Source of the DNA: Nemertoderma westbladi
Taxonomy: Eukaryota > Animalia > Xenacoelomorpha
Length of the DNA: 33,285 nt
Direction: 5' to 3'
NCBI GenBank assembly: GCA_032718475.1
Contig: JAUCBJ010006268.1
Location: forward strand, 1 to 33,285
The notes beneath the pieces were generated by a model. The model was given only the letters and a program-made list of their open reading frames with translations. It was not told where the DNA came from and did not search any database. Positions 1-11,226 of the stretch are shown one piece after another. The translations under genes and the position numbers were made by a program. Numbering within the stretch: position 1 is the stretch's first letter; every line of letters starts with the position of its first letter.

Positions 1-425
1 ATTAAAAACCTAGATAATCAACATTCTTTTAAATCTGCAGTTAAATCTCACCTCCGTGTGCAATGTAAAAATATGTACAATAGTCCTACAGTAAGTTATT
101 AGTTTATTAATTATTTACTATTTATACTGTAATTACGTTTTATAATAAATTGTTCTGTACATTACATCTTTATCGTTGAGTCGGACATTGTCACGCTCTC
201 GGTAAAGTTGTACATGTACATATATAGTGTAATTACGTTTTATATTGGTTTTAGGTTAGCGTATTGTAATATTGTATTTGTAACCAAGTAACATAAAGGA
301 CTCCTCTTGGAAATAAGCTGCAAAGCTTTAGGGGTAATCCTATATGTTATGTTGGACAATACCTTTATACCGGTACATTGTTTGGTGTATTTGTTATTGT
401 TTTTTCATAATGTATAAATAAATCG
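1..425 (+). mobile_element. 3' end of a CR1/L2-group (Crack/Daphne-like) LINE, probably inside a SPATA1 intron
   Basis: Frame 1 reads IKNLDNQHSFKSAVKSHL, resembling the ORF2 C-terminus of CR1-group LINEs. An AT-rich 3'UTR follows, containing GGACTCCTCTTGGAAATAAG and ending in AAATAAAT. Family assignment is from recalled motifs. Confidence 0.5.
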
Positions 426-596
426 ATCGATCTAATTGGTAGCCTTTTATTTTTATTGCGTAATCCAGATGGTACGATCACTACCTATACTTTTACGTTC
501 CCTATCGCGACGACTATTACCGGTACATACGTACCCTACCGGTATCGCTCTACAGTATTTGACATTTATTACATTTATATATTTTAATTTATTTAG

Positions 597-744
597 GGCT
601 TTGCAGTCCAAACTGCAACATAAGCGTCAGGTTGCCAAGGATACATGGAAGAAACGCTATTATGATGAAAAGAAGAAAACGAGTCCATTGGAAGACGCAT
701 GTAATAAATTAAAACGAGAACTCGAGAGTTTGCTGCGGAAACAG
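597..744 (+). CDS. SPATA1: SPATA1-like coiled-coil protein, internal exon (upstream exons outside the window)
   Basis: Acceptor TTTAG ends at 596 and donor GTTAGT starts at 745. Encodes ALQSKLQHKRQVAKDTWKKRYYDEKKKTSPLEDACNKLKRELESLLRKQ, resembling the SPATA1 C-terminal domain (DTWKKKYFETKK-type motif). Confidence 0.75.
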
Positions 745-1122
745 GTTAGTAATTTAATAACTCGAGATTTTGCTGCGGAAACAGGTTTGTAATTGGATAA
801 CTCGAGAGATTGCTGCGGAAACAGGTTCGTAATTTAATAATTCTGAGAGTTTGCTGCGGAACCAGGTTCGTAATTGGATAACTCGAGAGTTTGCTGCGGA
901 AACAGGTTCGAAAATGGATAACTCGAGAGCTTGCTGCGGAAACAGGTTTGTAATTGGATAACTCGAGAGTTTGCTGCGGGAACAGGTTCGTAATTGAATA
1001 ACTCTTGAGAGTTTGCTGCGGAAACAGGTGCGTAATTGGATAACCCGAGAGTTTGCTGCGGAAACAGGTTCGTAATTGAATAACTCTGAGAGTTTGCTGC
1101 GGAAACAGGATCGTTGTAGGAT
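719..1122. repeat. Minisatellite, 10 copies of a 40-42 bp unit AACTCGAGAGTTTGCTGCGGAAACAGGTTCGTAATTGGAT
   Basis: Copies start at 719, 759, 799, 839, 880, 920, 960, 1000, 1042 and 1082. The first copy is the exon 3' end plus its splice donor. Confidence 0.95.
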
Positions 1123-1404
1123 TACTCGAATCTTTAACCAAAGTGATTAATAGACCACAAATTGCGTCTGTCAGCAATGTGATCTTTATTATTCCTGCAG
1201 TTTATTCAGTAAGACATTATGTGGCCCTTAGGAGCTTGAGTTTATGGTCGGGGATTGGCCCGACAAAATTGACCAGGGAAAATCTGAATATAATTATCAT
1301 GTTTTGTTTATAATACTTTCTAGTTGACATCAATTTGCGTTATTTTTAATTAAATGTTAATTTCGTTTAGTTAAACTAGAGTCTCTGTAATTTTATGTTG
1401 TTAG

Positions 1405-1541
1405 GTAAATAAATTAGAGAAAGAGAGAGATATGCAACCGAATACGGCCCAAGCGTATTCAACACAGAATCGTATTGACCTGGCAAAGTTACAGAATGGA
1501 GTTGATTCATTACGTCAGAATGTTGAAGATTCCAAGATGAA
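1405..1541 (+). CDS. SPATA1: SPATA1-like, penultimate coding exon
   Basis: Acceptor TTAG at 1401-1404, donor GTGAGT at 1542; joins the previous exon in phase 0. Encodes VNKLEKERDMQPNTAQAYSTQNRIDLAKLQNGVDSLRQNVEDSKMK. Confidence 0.75.
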
Positions 1542-1944
1542 GTGAGTACCGGTACCCCTACGTTGTTAAGGACGGCAATGTAGGTGGAGCGAAGGGTTTA
1601 TGGTTAGCGATTCTCTAATCCATTTTCTACAATATTCATACTTCCCGTTTAATGTTTTGGTTCCACTCCAATCTCTGTAACTGTTTTTTTTACTAATCAG
1701 CATTATATTTGTAACAAAAACCAATTTGTGGGACGAGGGACAGAAACTAATGCCATGCCATTCCAGGGGAAAATAAATAAAGGCAAATGAAAAAAAATCT
1801 TGGTTATAATAACATGTCACTATAAACTGATATTTTCCCTTATTGATAACTTTGTGATATCAACACCCCCCCCCCCCCCCCCCCCCCCCAATGTCTCCCC
1901 ATGTGATACATTAAGGCTGACGTTATTCATTGTCAACTTTCTAG

Positions 1945-2068
1945 GTTATTAACAGAAATAAAGCTCAGACACCAGGCCGAGACCGAGTTAAAGGCGCTGC
2001 GAGCCGAAGTCACACAGAAGAAACTCCAGGTGTCCCTGATGAGATCTCAGAGATTTCGCTCTCGATAA
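1945..2068 (+). CDS. SPATA1: SPATA1-like, last coding exon
   Basis: Acceptor CTAG at 1941-1944; the phase-2 join AA|G gives Lys. Encodes LLTEIKLRHQAETELKALRAEVTQKKLQVSLMRSQRFRSR-stop (TAA 2066-2068), resembling the SPATA1 C-terminal KLxxEVKMRKQAxxDLRxLKxELxQKK motif. Confidence 0.78.
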
Positions 2069-3069
2069 ATTGTTAACTTTTCCATCGCAGCAGAATTTTC
2101 CAGTAATTTATTATGATTTGCAATATTTTATTTCAATCAATTACATTTGCAATCGATTAATATAATTAGGGTCTCCCTTTTTAGTTGTAATATCGGTAAT
2201 TTAATTTTTAGTTTCTCTGGGTTTTCTTACTCTTCTTGTCGTAATCCTTTCTTCGTTTTTCCTTATTAATTATTATTTAAATTATTTATCGTATTTCAGA
2301 TATCTAATAATAAAGAATACTATACCAATATAAATAAATACGCGTATGTTTTGGGTCTTTTGGGACCTCAGTTATGCTTAAGTTGGTGCCTCAGATTGAA
2401 TTGCATTTTAGAAATTAGTATTTTAATTACATTTTTAAATTAATAATCATTAATACGTTTAAACATATATTTTGAACACTGTTTTTAATTCGTGGTGCAC
2501 ATTTCTTTCTGTGTGGTGTTATAGTATAGTTGGTCCATTATTATTGTTGTTATTCATATTATGTTATTTATTTCCTGTATTAAATTATTATTATAATCAG
2601 AGTGCGTAATATTTATTTATTTTAATATGGTAAAAAAACTTTATTTGTGGTGCAGGTTGTAATCTTCAAACTATATTGTTATATAATAATTGTTGCCTCA
2701 ATGGAGTGGTGCGTCTTATGGTGCAAAGGTTTTATTTTTAGTTATTTGTGTAATACTATTTATTTGTGTTTTTTACTGAGCAATTTGATAAATTATTTAA
2801 GAAATATCAAAAGTGTGACCAGCAGATAACTTTAAAATCTTTCCTCTAATCTTTAAACCAGGTTGTAAAACTTGTAATGTCCCGAAACGCGATGGATTAA
2901 TCGTTATTTAATTATTAAAGAACTTAGGAATTATAATTAGGGGGGGGGGGGGGGGGGGGGTATAGTGCTTATCAGGGCGGTTGCTTATGAATTTGGATGA
3001 GCGATAAATATAACATGCTGTGAAACGGCCTCGCGCAGAAGAACTACTTTAAAGCTATGCAACTTCCGT

Positions 3070-3598
3070 ACAAAATGTGGGGCGAGCCACGAAGTTGGCG
3101 GAGCCTTAGCGAATTGACACTGTTAGGGGGTGGGTCAATTTATGCAAATAGTTGTCGTCGTCGTCGTCGTCGTCGTTGTCGTCGTCGTCGTTGTCGTCGT
3201 CGTCGTTGTCGTCGTCGTTACGATTTTGACATGCTAATAACTTTGTCGGATTTAAAGCTGCCAAGTTGAAAATTTGTAGGTATCAATATGAGCAAAAGTT
3301 GAGATTTTTGAGAGACTTTCAGACACCATCAGTGCAATGGTCTCCCGCTAGAGGGCCACATGTCTAAACATTAAATGCCCTCCCATTTCTTTGCTTTTAA
3401 TCCGTTTAAGCTGAAACTTGGCAGATATGTATTAGACCATTAGCTGTGACTTTCAAAGGAGGCGAATCCATCTGCAGTTCTCCAGTCTGCCGCTAGAGGG
3501 CCAACGTGACTATTTGCATAAATTGACCTACCCCCTAACAGTGTCAATTCGCTAAGGCTCTGCCAACTTCGTGCTGCGCGAAGTCCCCACTTCGTGTA
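3070..3598. mobile_element. Non-autonomous element (MITE or Helentron-associated type) with ~65 bp inverted repeats and an internal (GTC)n microsatellite
   Basis: 3088-3152 is the near-perfect reverse complement of 3510-3573. A GTC/GTT triplet run spans about 3151-3219. A small hairpin (CGAAGT-CCCC-ACTTCG) follows the right inverted repeat. No clear TSD. Confidence 0.75.
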
Positions 3599-4036
3599 CA
3601 AATATATATATATATATATTACTTACCTTAAACCATATCTGCCTGCCTGACTTAAAAACCTGTCAGTTTCACTGCCCAAATACTGGAAACTTAGCACAGC
3701 AAAACAATGCACTGATATCCATATCAGTGACACATCTATTAGTTTGCCAAAATTGATGTAATTGATATATTTACGCCAGGAAATGAGATTATACTTTAAC
3801 TACCTCACGTCCAATAATAATTTCTATATTATAATTAACTAGGTTAACTCAAAGTACATCATGGAAACTAAAATAAAATTGTCTACCAGATTGGTAGACG
3901 CGCAGCTACGCGCAGATATGAAAAACTGTTATTTAATCTTGTTTGATGTTTTGGTTAGAGCATCTTACTAATAGCCTGTTTCTACCATTTAGTACAGTAC
4001 AAACACTAGTAATATTAGCTATACTAAATTCAAAAG

Positions 4037-5221
4037 ATGTCTCAAGAAGATGACTATGTTAACCAATCACAACCGCTTGATCCACCGGAAACTCCTGCCA
4101 ATGATGAGGATGACAACGGACGAGTCGCTATTCTAACAGACCGGGAGATGGCGTACCTGTTGGAAGATACGGTTTTCACGGAGAAAGAAATAGAGAGGAT
4201 CGTAAAACGGTATAACATTTGGGCTGAACATAAACACAAAAACGAACCCCTAGACAGCAATCTAATGATGACGGTAGGGGAATTCATTCACATCCCAGAA
4301 TGCATTGTTAATCCTTTCGCTTTTCGGATTGCTGAATCATTCGCATACGATTCTGTGGGATTTGGTTTGTTGGAGAAAAACGACATGATACGAGATGAGA
4401 AAAAGCGACTGGCAAAAGCTGAAGCTTTACGTTTGTACAATAAGAGTAAAGGAATAACGTCGGATACTACGGAACAAAAATATAATGAAGGGAGAACCAC
4501 AACTGCGTTGACGTCTCAACCGCCGCCCCCAATAATACAAACCCCGTCGGAAACACCTCCGCCACCGCCGCCATCATCAGCGCAGCCACCGCCGCCACCA
4601 CCAACACTAAACGCACCGCAACCACCACCAACACTAGACGCACCGCCGCCACCACCAACACTAAACGCACCGCAACCAACACCAGCGCAGAACACACCGC
4701 AACCACCACCAACCCCAACAGTTGGAGTCACTCTAGACCCCCCCGAGGACCAACCAACCGCGCACCCTCAGACCGATGTCCCTGTCCAAGCCGATGATTT
4801 CAAGGAATCCAAACTCGAACGCAATCTACCATATGTCGATCCCGACGACATGTACGTAAACGAGGGAGTATTGCTTACGGATTCTAAACCTGACCATGGG
4901 AAGATCACCAGGGTGAAGTTTGTAGAAATATTTTCGGTGTTAAGTTCCAAACAGACTCTCGATTTCAAGAGGCAATTTCTCTTCGAATGCTTCGACAGGA
5001 GCGGAGATGGTGTCATACAATACCACGACGTTTTCCAGATGTACAAAATGGTTTTGAGTCCAAACTTTTCCGACAAACAGTTGGCCCAGATGGCTACATT
5101 TATTCTCAACCGCAGCGATCTCAAGCAACCCGGCATGATGAACTTTGATGAGTTCTCAGCTCTTGTTCCTGATCACGAAGTGCGAGAGCGATTGAGTGTT
5201 AATCTGCAGTTGCCAGAGTGA
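4037..5221 (+). CDS. Calcineurin-B/CIB-family EF-hand protein with a ~180 aa insertion containing polyproline; single ORF, 394 aa
   Basis: The N part (TVFTEKEIERIVKRY, EFIHIPECIVNPFAFRIAESF) and C part (GKITRVKFVEIFSVLS, KRQFLFECFDRSGDGVIQYHDVFQMYKMVL, DLKQPGMMNFDEFSALV) follow the CNB/CIB pattern. Confidence 0.85.
   Translation: MSQEDDYVNQSQPLDPPETPANDEDDNGRVAILTDREMAYLLEDTVFTEKEIERIVKRYNIWAEHKHKNEPLDSNLMMTVGEFIHIPECIVNPFAFRIAESFAYDSVGFGLLEKNDMIRDEKKRLAKAEALRLYNKSKGITSDTTEQKYNEGRTTTALTSQPPPPIIQTPSETPPPPPPSSAQPPPPPPTLNAPQPPPTLDAPPPPPTLNAPQPTPAQNTPQPPPTPTVGVTLDPPEDQPTAHPQTDVPVQADDFKESKLERNLPYVDPDDMYVNEGVLLTDSKPDHGKITRVKFVEIFSVLSSKQTLDFKRQFLFECFDRSGDGVIQYHDVFQMYKMVLSPNFSDKQLAQMATFILNRSDLKQPGMMNFDEFSALVPDHEVRERLSVNLQLPE
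4590..4715 (+). repeat. Coding tandem repeat, ~27 bp unit (PPPPTLNAP/QPPPTLDAP), 3-4 copies
   Basis: CCACCAACACTA(A/G)ACGCACCGC occurs three times, followed by a degenerate fourth copy. Confidence 0.85.
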
Positions 5222-5889
5222 TTCCATAGTAAAACTCATAATTGTATTATACAGATACCGCACTGTTGTAAGATAAAAATGAAATATCTATACTTCCAGC
5301 GTAAGAAGGTTTCACGCAGGTACAGTTGTAGGTAACAACAAAATTTAAGTCATAATTTGTTTTAAGGTCAAGCAGAGATCCTGTTATGAAGAGGTTTAAC
5401 ATTGCGCTAAATCCAATTTAGTGAACCCAAAATTGTTAGTTAATTGCAACTGGGAACTGGTTAATTAAATGTCAAGCTGCTGTTTAAATACAGCGTCACC
5501 ACCATTATTAGCTGGTCTCAATGAAATTGATAACATGAGGTTGTTATTACTTAGTAACAGCGTTGCGAAATACAATATGCTTGAGCGAAACATAGACCAT
5601 AGACTTATGTTAATTAAATGTCAGCTACTGTATAACTAGAGGATAATCATTTGAGCACAATATGGCATTGATAACATGGTGCCATTCTACTATAGTAAGT
5701 AATAATGCCACGGATAAACTAAAGGTCGAGACTTAGTTACTTGTATCTAAGGACTTAGTTACAATATTCTTATCTAATTCTCTTACCCTCTTACAGCACA
5801 CTACTGTATTATCACAACTACCTATAAACTGTAAGCTCTTCATTTTATTCTAAGTTGTTTTATACAATCGAAAAATAACTACTGTAATG

Positions 5890-6187
5890 TAGTGCTTAAA
5901 CGGGATCAGACTTTTCGGGATTTCCGGGATCGGGATCGGGATTATCACTCTTGTTTTTCGGGTTTGCAATTTTGGATTAAATTCCTCAAATTTAATAGTA
6001 TATGTGGCGGATTTTGGGTAACAATCACTTTATCTTACACTTCTGAAATATTATTAGTAAGATAAAGTGACATAAAAATTACTTATAACCAATAAATTTC
6101 CGTTCTGCTAGAACTATTTATCAGATATTAAACAAATTTATTCATTATATTTACTTCGGGATCCCGGACAAAAAAAGTTAAACACTA
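5890..6187. mobile_element. hAT-type MITE, 298 bp
   Basis: Termini are TAGTGCTTAA and TTAAACACTA. The 8-bp flanks CTGTAATG (5882-5889) and CTGTACTG (6188-6195) match at 7/8 positions. Subterminal CGGGAT repeats occur near both ends. Confidence 0.75.
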
Positions 6188-6236
6188 CTGTACTGTAACG
6201 TGAAAGTTTTATTTGGTCAATATTAGCATCTTAACA

Positions 6237-6480
6237 ATGGGACTGAAAAAACGAGCCCGAGTTGGCAGGGGCACTTCTGCTGCAAGCCGGGTTCGAGCTG
6301 CGAATGCAGAGAAGAATTCTCAATAGACTGAAGTACGCCTAGACACACACCGGGTCAATGTAGCTGATGCCAGATCCAGGGAAACAACACCTCAGCGCCT
6401 TACTCGTCAGACAGAACCTTGACGCTCAACAACATGCCACCGTCAGAAACCAGGAAACCAGACACGCCAAGGTGCCAATC
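6237..6480 (+). pseudogene. Degenerate STPR-repeat-like N-terminus, probably a Helitron Rep/helicase 5' remnant
   Basis: From ATG 6237 it reads MGLKKRARVGRGTSAASRVRAANAEKNSQ*TEVRLDTHRVNVADARSRETTPQRLTRQ, then frameshifts to LDAQQHATVRNQET. This resembles the ETPEQRxARL-type repeats at Helitron N-termini. Contains an in-frame stop and a frameshift. Confidence 0.5.
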
Positions 6481-6493
6481 GGGCTAACATGGC

Positions 6494-6586
6494 TGTGGCC
6501 CGATCTCTCAAATTGTCACCTCAACGAGAGACCCGAAAAAGCGACAACCGGACCAACAATGATGTGGCCCGATCTCTCAAATTGTC
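6494..6586. repeat. 24-bp direct repeat TGTGGCCCGATCTCTCAAATTGTC, two copies
   Basis: Exact copies at 6494-6517 and 6563-6586. Confidence 0.85.
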
Positions 6587-6661
6587 TTGAATGTGTTCAG
6601 CGACGTTCTTATGAAGCGTTTATGAAGCGGGGGGGGGGGGGGGGGGGGGGGGGGGTAGCGC

Positions 6662-7725
6662 ATTTTCTTACCAAGAAGACGAATTTTTGAAACATATCCT
6701 ATGTGATGCAGAATTTCATGCTGAATCCAAATATGGAAACCGTTTTCCCATAGAAGATACTGGTTCCGATATATCGCGATATCGGTAAAAGAGATGAAGG
6801 TTGGGGTTTGCATTCAATTTCTGCAAATTTCTGTGCTCAGTGGTGCCAATTGGATGTTTCCACGAGGAAGAGGACAAAATTTTAATTGAGAAGGTATTTT
6901 TTTATGATTATTGGACCTACTTGTCAGTTTATAAGACAACTTCAATTCTCCGGAATGAAGACGGGACTCGAATAAGCGACTCTGCGGTCTTTGCGGGATT
7001 TAACGGAATAGACTTATTGGTCATCGGAGATCTTCCAAATGTATAATCTCCAGTTCTAGTGGTCGTACGGAGTTCGTTTTGGGCTCATTCGAAAGCTCTT
7101 TTCTTAGAGAACAAAGTTACCGTTTGATTTAAGACAAAATGGTTGTAAAGCAACATAACATGAATTTGGGTAAAATATGCCTTGTAAATTTTGTTCAAGT
7201 TATGATTGCTCAGGCAGCTTTCAAGAGTTTGCCAAACCAAATCGTAACTTTGGTCTCTGAGAAAAGAGCTTTCGAATGAGCCCTAAACGAACTCCGTACG
7301 ACCACTAGAACTGGAGATTATACATTTTGAAGATCTCCGATGACCGATAAGTCTATTCCGTGTAATCCCGCAAAGACCGCAGAGCCGCTTATTCGAGTCC
7401 TGTCTTCATTCCGGAGAATTGAAGTTGTCTTATAAACTGTTCAGTAGGTCCAATAATCATAAAAAAATACCTTCTCAATTAAAATTTTGTGCTCTTTCTC
7501 GTGGAGACATCCAATTAGCACCACTGAGCACAGAAATTTGCAGAAATTGAATGCAAACCCCAAACTTCATCTCCTTTACCGATATCGCGATATATCGGAG
7601 CCAGTATCTTCTATCCCAGATATCTCGAAAACTAAGCAAGATATGGGAAAACGGTTTCCATATTTGGATTCAGCATGAAATTCTGCATCAGATGTTTCAA
7701 AAATTCGACTTTTTGGTCAGAAAAT
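6662..7725. mobile_element. Foldback element: two ~470-490 bp inverted arms around a ~100 bp spacer
   Basis: 6662-7130 is the reverse complement of 7234-7725, with scattered substitutions and two indels (about 7 and 30 bp). This also explains the mirror ORFs starting MQTP at 6577-6813 (-) and 7551-7739 (+). Confidence 0.9.
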
Positions 7726-10029
7726 CCATTAACGCTTAAATTAACTAAAAGCGAAAGTCCAGAGGTGTCAACAAAAGTACAATCTTTTCTCTCAAATTCT
7801 ATAAGCTGGTTGTAGAATAGCTAGTACAGTATATATGTCACTCGATCTAACACTGATAAACTTATGTTTTATGGAGAAAATGTATGCTTCTTCTTTTTAT
7901 TCCGTCCATAAATACCTTACTACCAATAGTTCGAGTGGAAAGTATGTAGGATAGGCCTTATTTTATGGTCGAACATAAAAAAAGTTACATTTCCGTTTAT
8001 TTGACAAGTCTAGTTTTCCAGATATACAGTTCTAGTCGTAGATATACAGTAGTTAGATTGGATGTGACTATAGCGGGGTAGCCCCCCCCCCCCCCCCGCT
8101 CCCGCCTTCACGTACCAGCCCCCAACACACTCCACATAAATGAATTGAGATCAATAAACATATTCAATAACAGCTGCTCCCAGCGAAGGAGACGTCCAGA
8201 GAGAACGCGACATACATGCGCGTTGAGCAGCCATGGGATTATTGGATTACAGCTATCTGGTAATTTAATTCATATAATGGCCCAATTCAACCAGAACAAT
8301 GGCAATAAATTCATACGTCTAGTCTCTAGAGTTCTCAAGGGGAGTAGATTGCCCTAATTGTTTCTAATCTTCCTGCTTTAATTAGTTACTTTATTTACGT
8401 CTAGTGCAGTAGTATAATATAGCCCAGGCCAGTCTATTCCAACTATTTGTGTTTACTGTATTTATTTATTAGAATAATATTAAAATATGTTTCTGTTTGC
8501 GATAACTTTTTGGTTAGGAAGGACGAGCAGTATTTTATAAAAAGTTTATTTTTGGAAATTAGCAGAAGCAAATAGAGACTCTTGTTGGTTTTATAGAGTT
8601 TGAGCAAACATGTTCCAAGCGAGCTACTCTAAAGTTTTCTAATTTGGAATGGGGTGTCATGTGTCACAATTCAGCTTTCCTTACTAAGAAATTCACTCTA
8701 CCTAGCATTGAGTCATTAGGGAAAATACTGTAATATAAAGTAAAAAATATTTCTTCGGCTATTATGTCAGGAATTTTATCATTGCAGAGGAAACCGCAAT
8801 ATATTAAACTTTTGTGTTGTTTAAAAATGGAAAATGTTTGTTTGAAGCAATCAGAATAAGAAATAGGAAAATTAACTAAAATAACAGCTTCTTTCTGATT
8901 AGAGATTACCTCCAAAATAATACTGTAACCTCTTTATATTGACTGACTGACTGTAGTTTATTGTCTGAGCTAATGGCGCAAAAGGACCGCAAATACACAC
9001 TGTGTTTAAAAGTTCTTGTAAATGAATTTCATTTCATTTAAAACATCTGCCAATATCTGTATTGTTTTGGTTAGAATAACGTGCCTCTGTAACCTGCAGA
9101 TTTCCCTTAGTTGATAATTTACATTGAGAAAAGATATTGAATTCGCCGAGATGGGATTTGCGTCAAGTACCCCCCTCCCCCTTTCTGGGTGGCGGAGGCC
9201 TATATATCGTATTTATAGAAATTTATGATAAAGGATAATTGCCTTTCCCGAGCAAGATAATTGCCCCCGGGGATAATTCGTACGAGAAGGATAATTCAAA
9301 TCAAAATAGCAAAGAAACGGTCGAATATTCAGTTACCTCCTAACTACCTGAGGGGCCCTTTATCTAAAAAGCAAACAAACACAGTTACAGTATCTGGATC
9401 CAAATCTCATCCCCAGTGTACTTCTTCTCTGTGCGTTAATGCGTTATTTCATCTTTATAAGTCCAACTTCTTGGACGAGAGTCCATTCTAGTTTACCTGG
9501 TCTACTTTTATCGTCCTGGTATGGTGTTCCATTTTACAATTTGTATTTTGTTTCAAAGAAATTCAATAATAAATTAGTAATAGAAAGCCGGTAAGCTGGA
9601 ACAAGATCTGTCAGCGTCCAGTTGCCTTAACGATTTTCGCCTTAAAAGTGAACGCCCATGTTTGTATTAAAGCGCTAATTACGGAACAAATAATATAATT
9701 ACGACAGATTCATCACAATTTTTGAGCTTTACAATGTGGCTCCGCCCGTGCAGAAGACAATGTTGCCCTAGGCTTAACCATTGGCATCAGCGAAAGGGAC
9801 ATGGTCAGATTAGTAGTTGTGTAGAAAGACATATTATTCCTATTGCAAGAGTAACAGTCTCCTTTCCAATGAATGCTACCAGACTCAACATCTCATTAGT
9901 ATACATGTTACGTGGAATTCATTATTATTCATTGGCTTTCCGAGTTGGACGGAATAAAAGAAGAAGTCAAACGTTACCCTCAATGTGGAACTCTCTAATG
10001 TATTTTTTTATACTGATTAATATATATTA

Positions 10030-10220
10030 TTTGTTTGTTTGTTTGGATGGGGAATTGGTATAGAATGACTCGGCTACACAAGGCAGGTGGACTAATTATT
10101 TATTTCTACTTTGTGGAGATTCTCGGTTTCCCTGCGGGGTTCGAACAATATCGAGTCGGTTATTGGTGTGCGGAAAGAGAGGAAGGCTGGTAAGTAACCA
10201 TTCCCATCGCCAGCCCATAT
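10030..10220 (-). mobile_element. Possible degenerate SINE
   Basis: The minus strand has a B-box-like GTTCGAACCCC (about 10136-10148) and ends in a (CAAA)n tail (about 10030-10046). The A-box is poor and no TSD is visible. Confidence 0.25.
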
Positions 10221-11226
10221 CCGCTGGCTTGGCGTTGACGCCTTACGATTCGCTAACCTTATTTTTTGTTGGCAGGAGAGCGGCATTGGAAATCTCTTTG
10301 TAGGTAAGAAAGATAGGGTACTAGTCCTGCGATTCTTATTGTGTCAAATCATTTATAGTCGCATGTATAAATCGATTTCTTATCTTAGTTGATTTTGGCA
10401 CACGAAGTTTACTGTTACCCAGGAAATTGATCCATCGACTTTGGTTTATCTGTCTGTACGTTTACCAACATTCCATCTTCCACTACTGCGTCGTCAAAAC
10501 ATAACGTTATAATTACCAAATAGAAACACAATCTAATACATTAATGTAATATTAAAATAAATAAAATAATGCAGGCGCACTGAATCATATTGATTGTCTT
10601 AAAACTTTTCGATATTTTCCGATAAGATAAACTTTTCGCTATTATTGTGCGGAGTAGTAGAAGAGTCCGTATTGCTTTAAGGAAGAAATAATATCAGATC
10701 CCATATTTTATATATTTTTTCGCAAGTGTCAGCAAGTTCATATTATAATATTTATATAGTCAGCTTTTTGTTTAGTCAGTCATTATCAGGTCTTGTATTC
10801 TAGCACTTTTTACGATTGCATTGAGAGGAGCCTTTAAAAATCCGAGCGACAATCTGGTTTGTAATGGAGTCGAGAAAATGTAAATCTATCGAGTTTTAGA
10901 TGCGACGACAAATAGTTGCATATGTAGGCCCAATTAGAAATTATATAGAAAAGTTTGGAAATTATCTAAGGGAGAGATGTATAAAATAACTTTATACGGA
11001 AAGTGAGTTTATAAGAGCGAAACGTTTATAAGAGTTAGACCAGTTCGTAGGAGTTAGTCCCATATCAGGTAATTTATAAAAAATAATTTAACAAACAATT
11101 CCTAATATTTAAATATGGATATTTAAATAATAATATGTTTATTATATTTTATATATATTTATATTACATTCAAAATTATATCTAAAAACTAATAAATTTC
11201 TTAACGATTTGCTAACCCAAACAATA

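Noticed and set aside
719-1122. CRISPR-like array, and ORF 746-1177 (-)
   Set aside because: The units are contiguous with no unique spacers, there are no cas genes and the context is eukaryotic. The ORF is a by-product of the repeat.
3057-3269. Protamine-like Arg/Cys-rich ORF
   Set aside because: The RRRC run is the translation of a (GTC)n microsatellite inside an inverted-repeat element.
3853-3867. Possible X-box (CATGGAAAC) upstream of the EF-hand gene
   Set aside because: Only one half-site matches.
4054-5136. Minus-strand ORFs over the EF-hand gene (likewise those over ANKMY1, CaMKK and C19orf47)
   Set aside because: They are antisense or alternate-frame shadows of real coding sequence, with no recognisable motifs.
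5461-5680. Diverged ~150 bp tandem duplication (TTAATTAAATGTCA..TTGATAACATG)
   Set aside because: Short, degenerate and AT-rich, with no interpretable structure.
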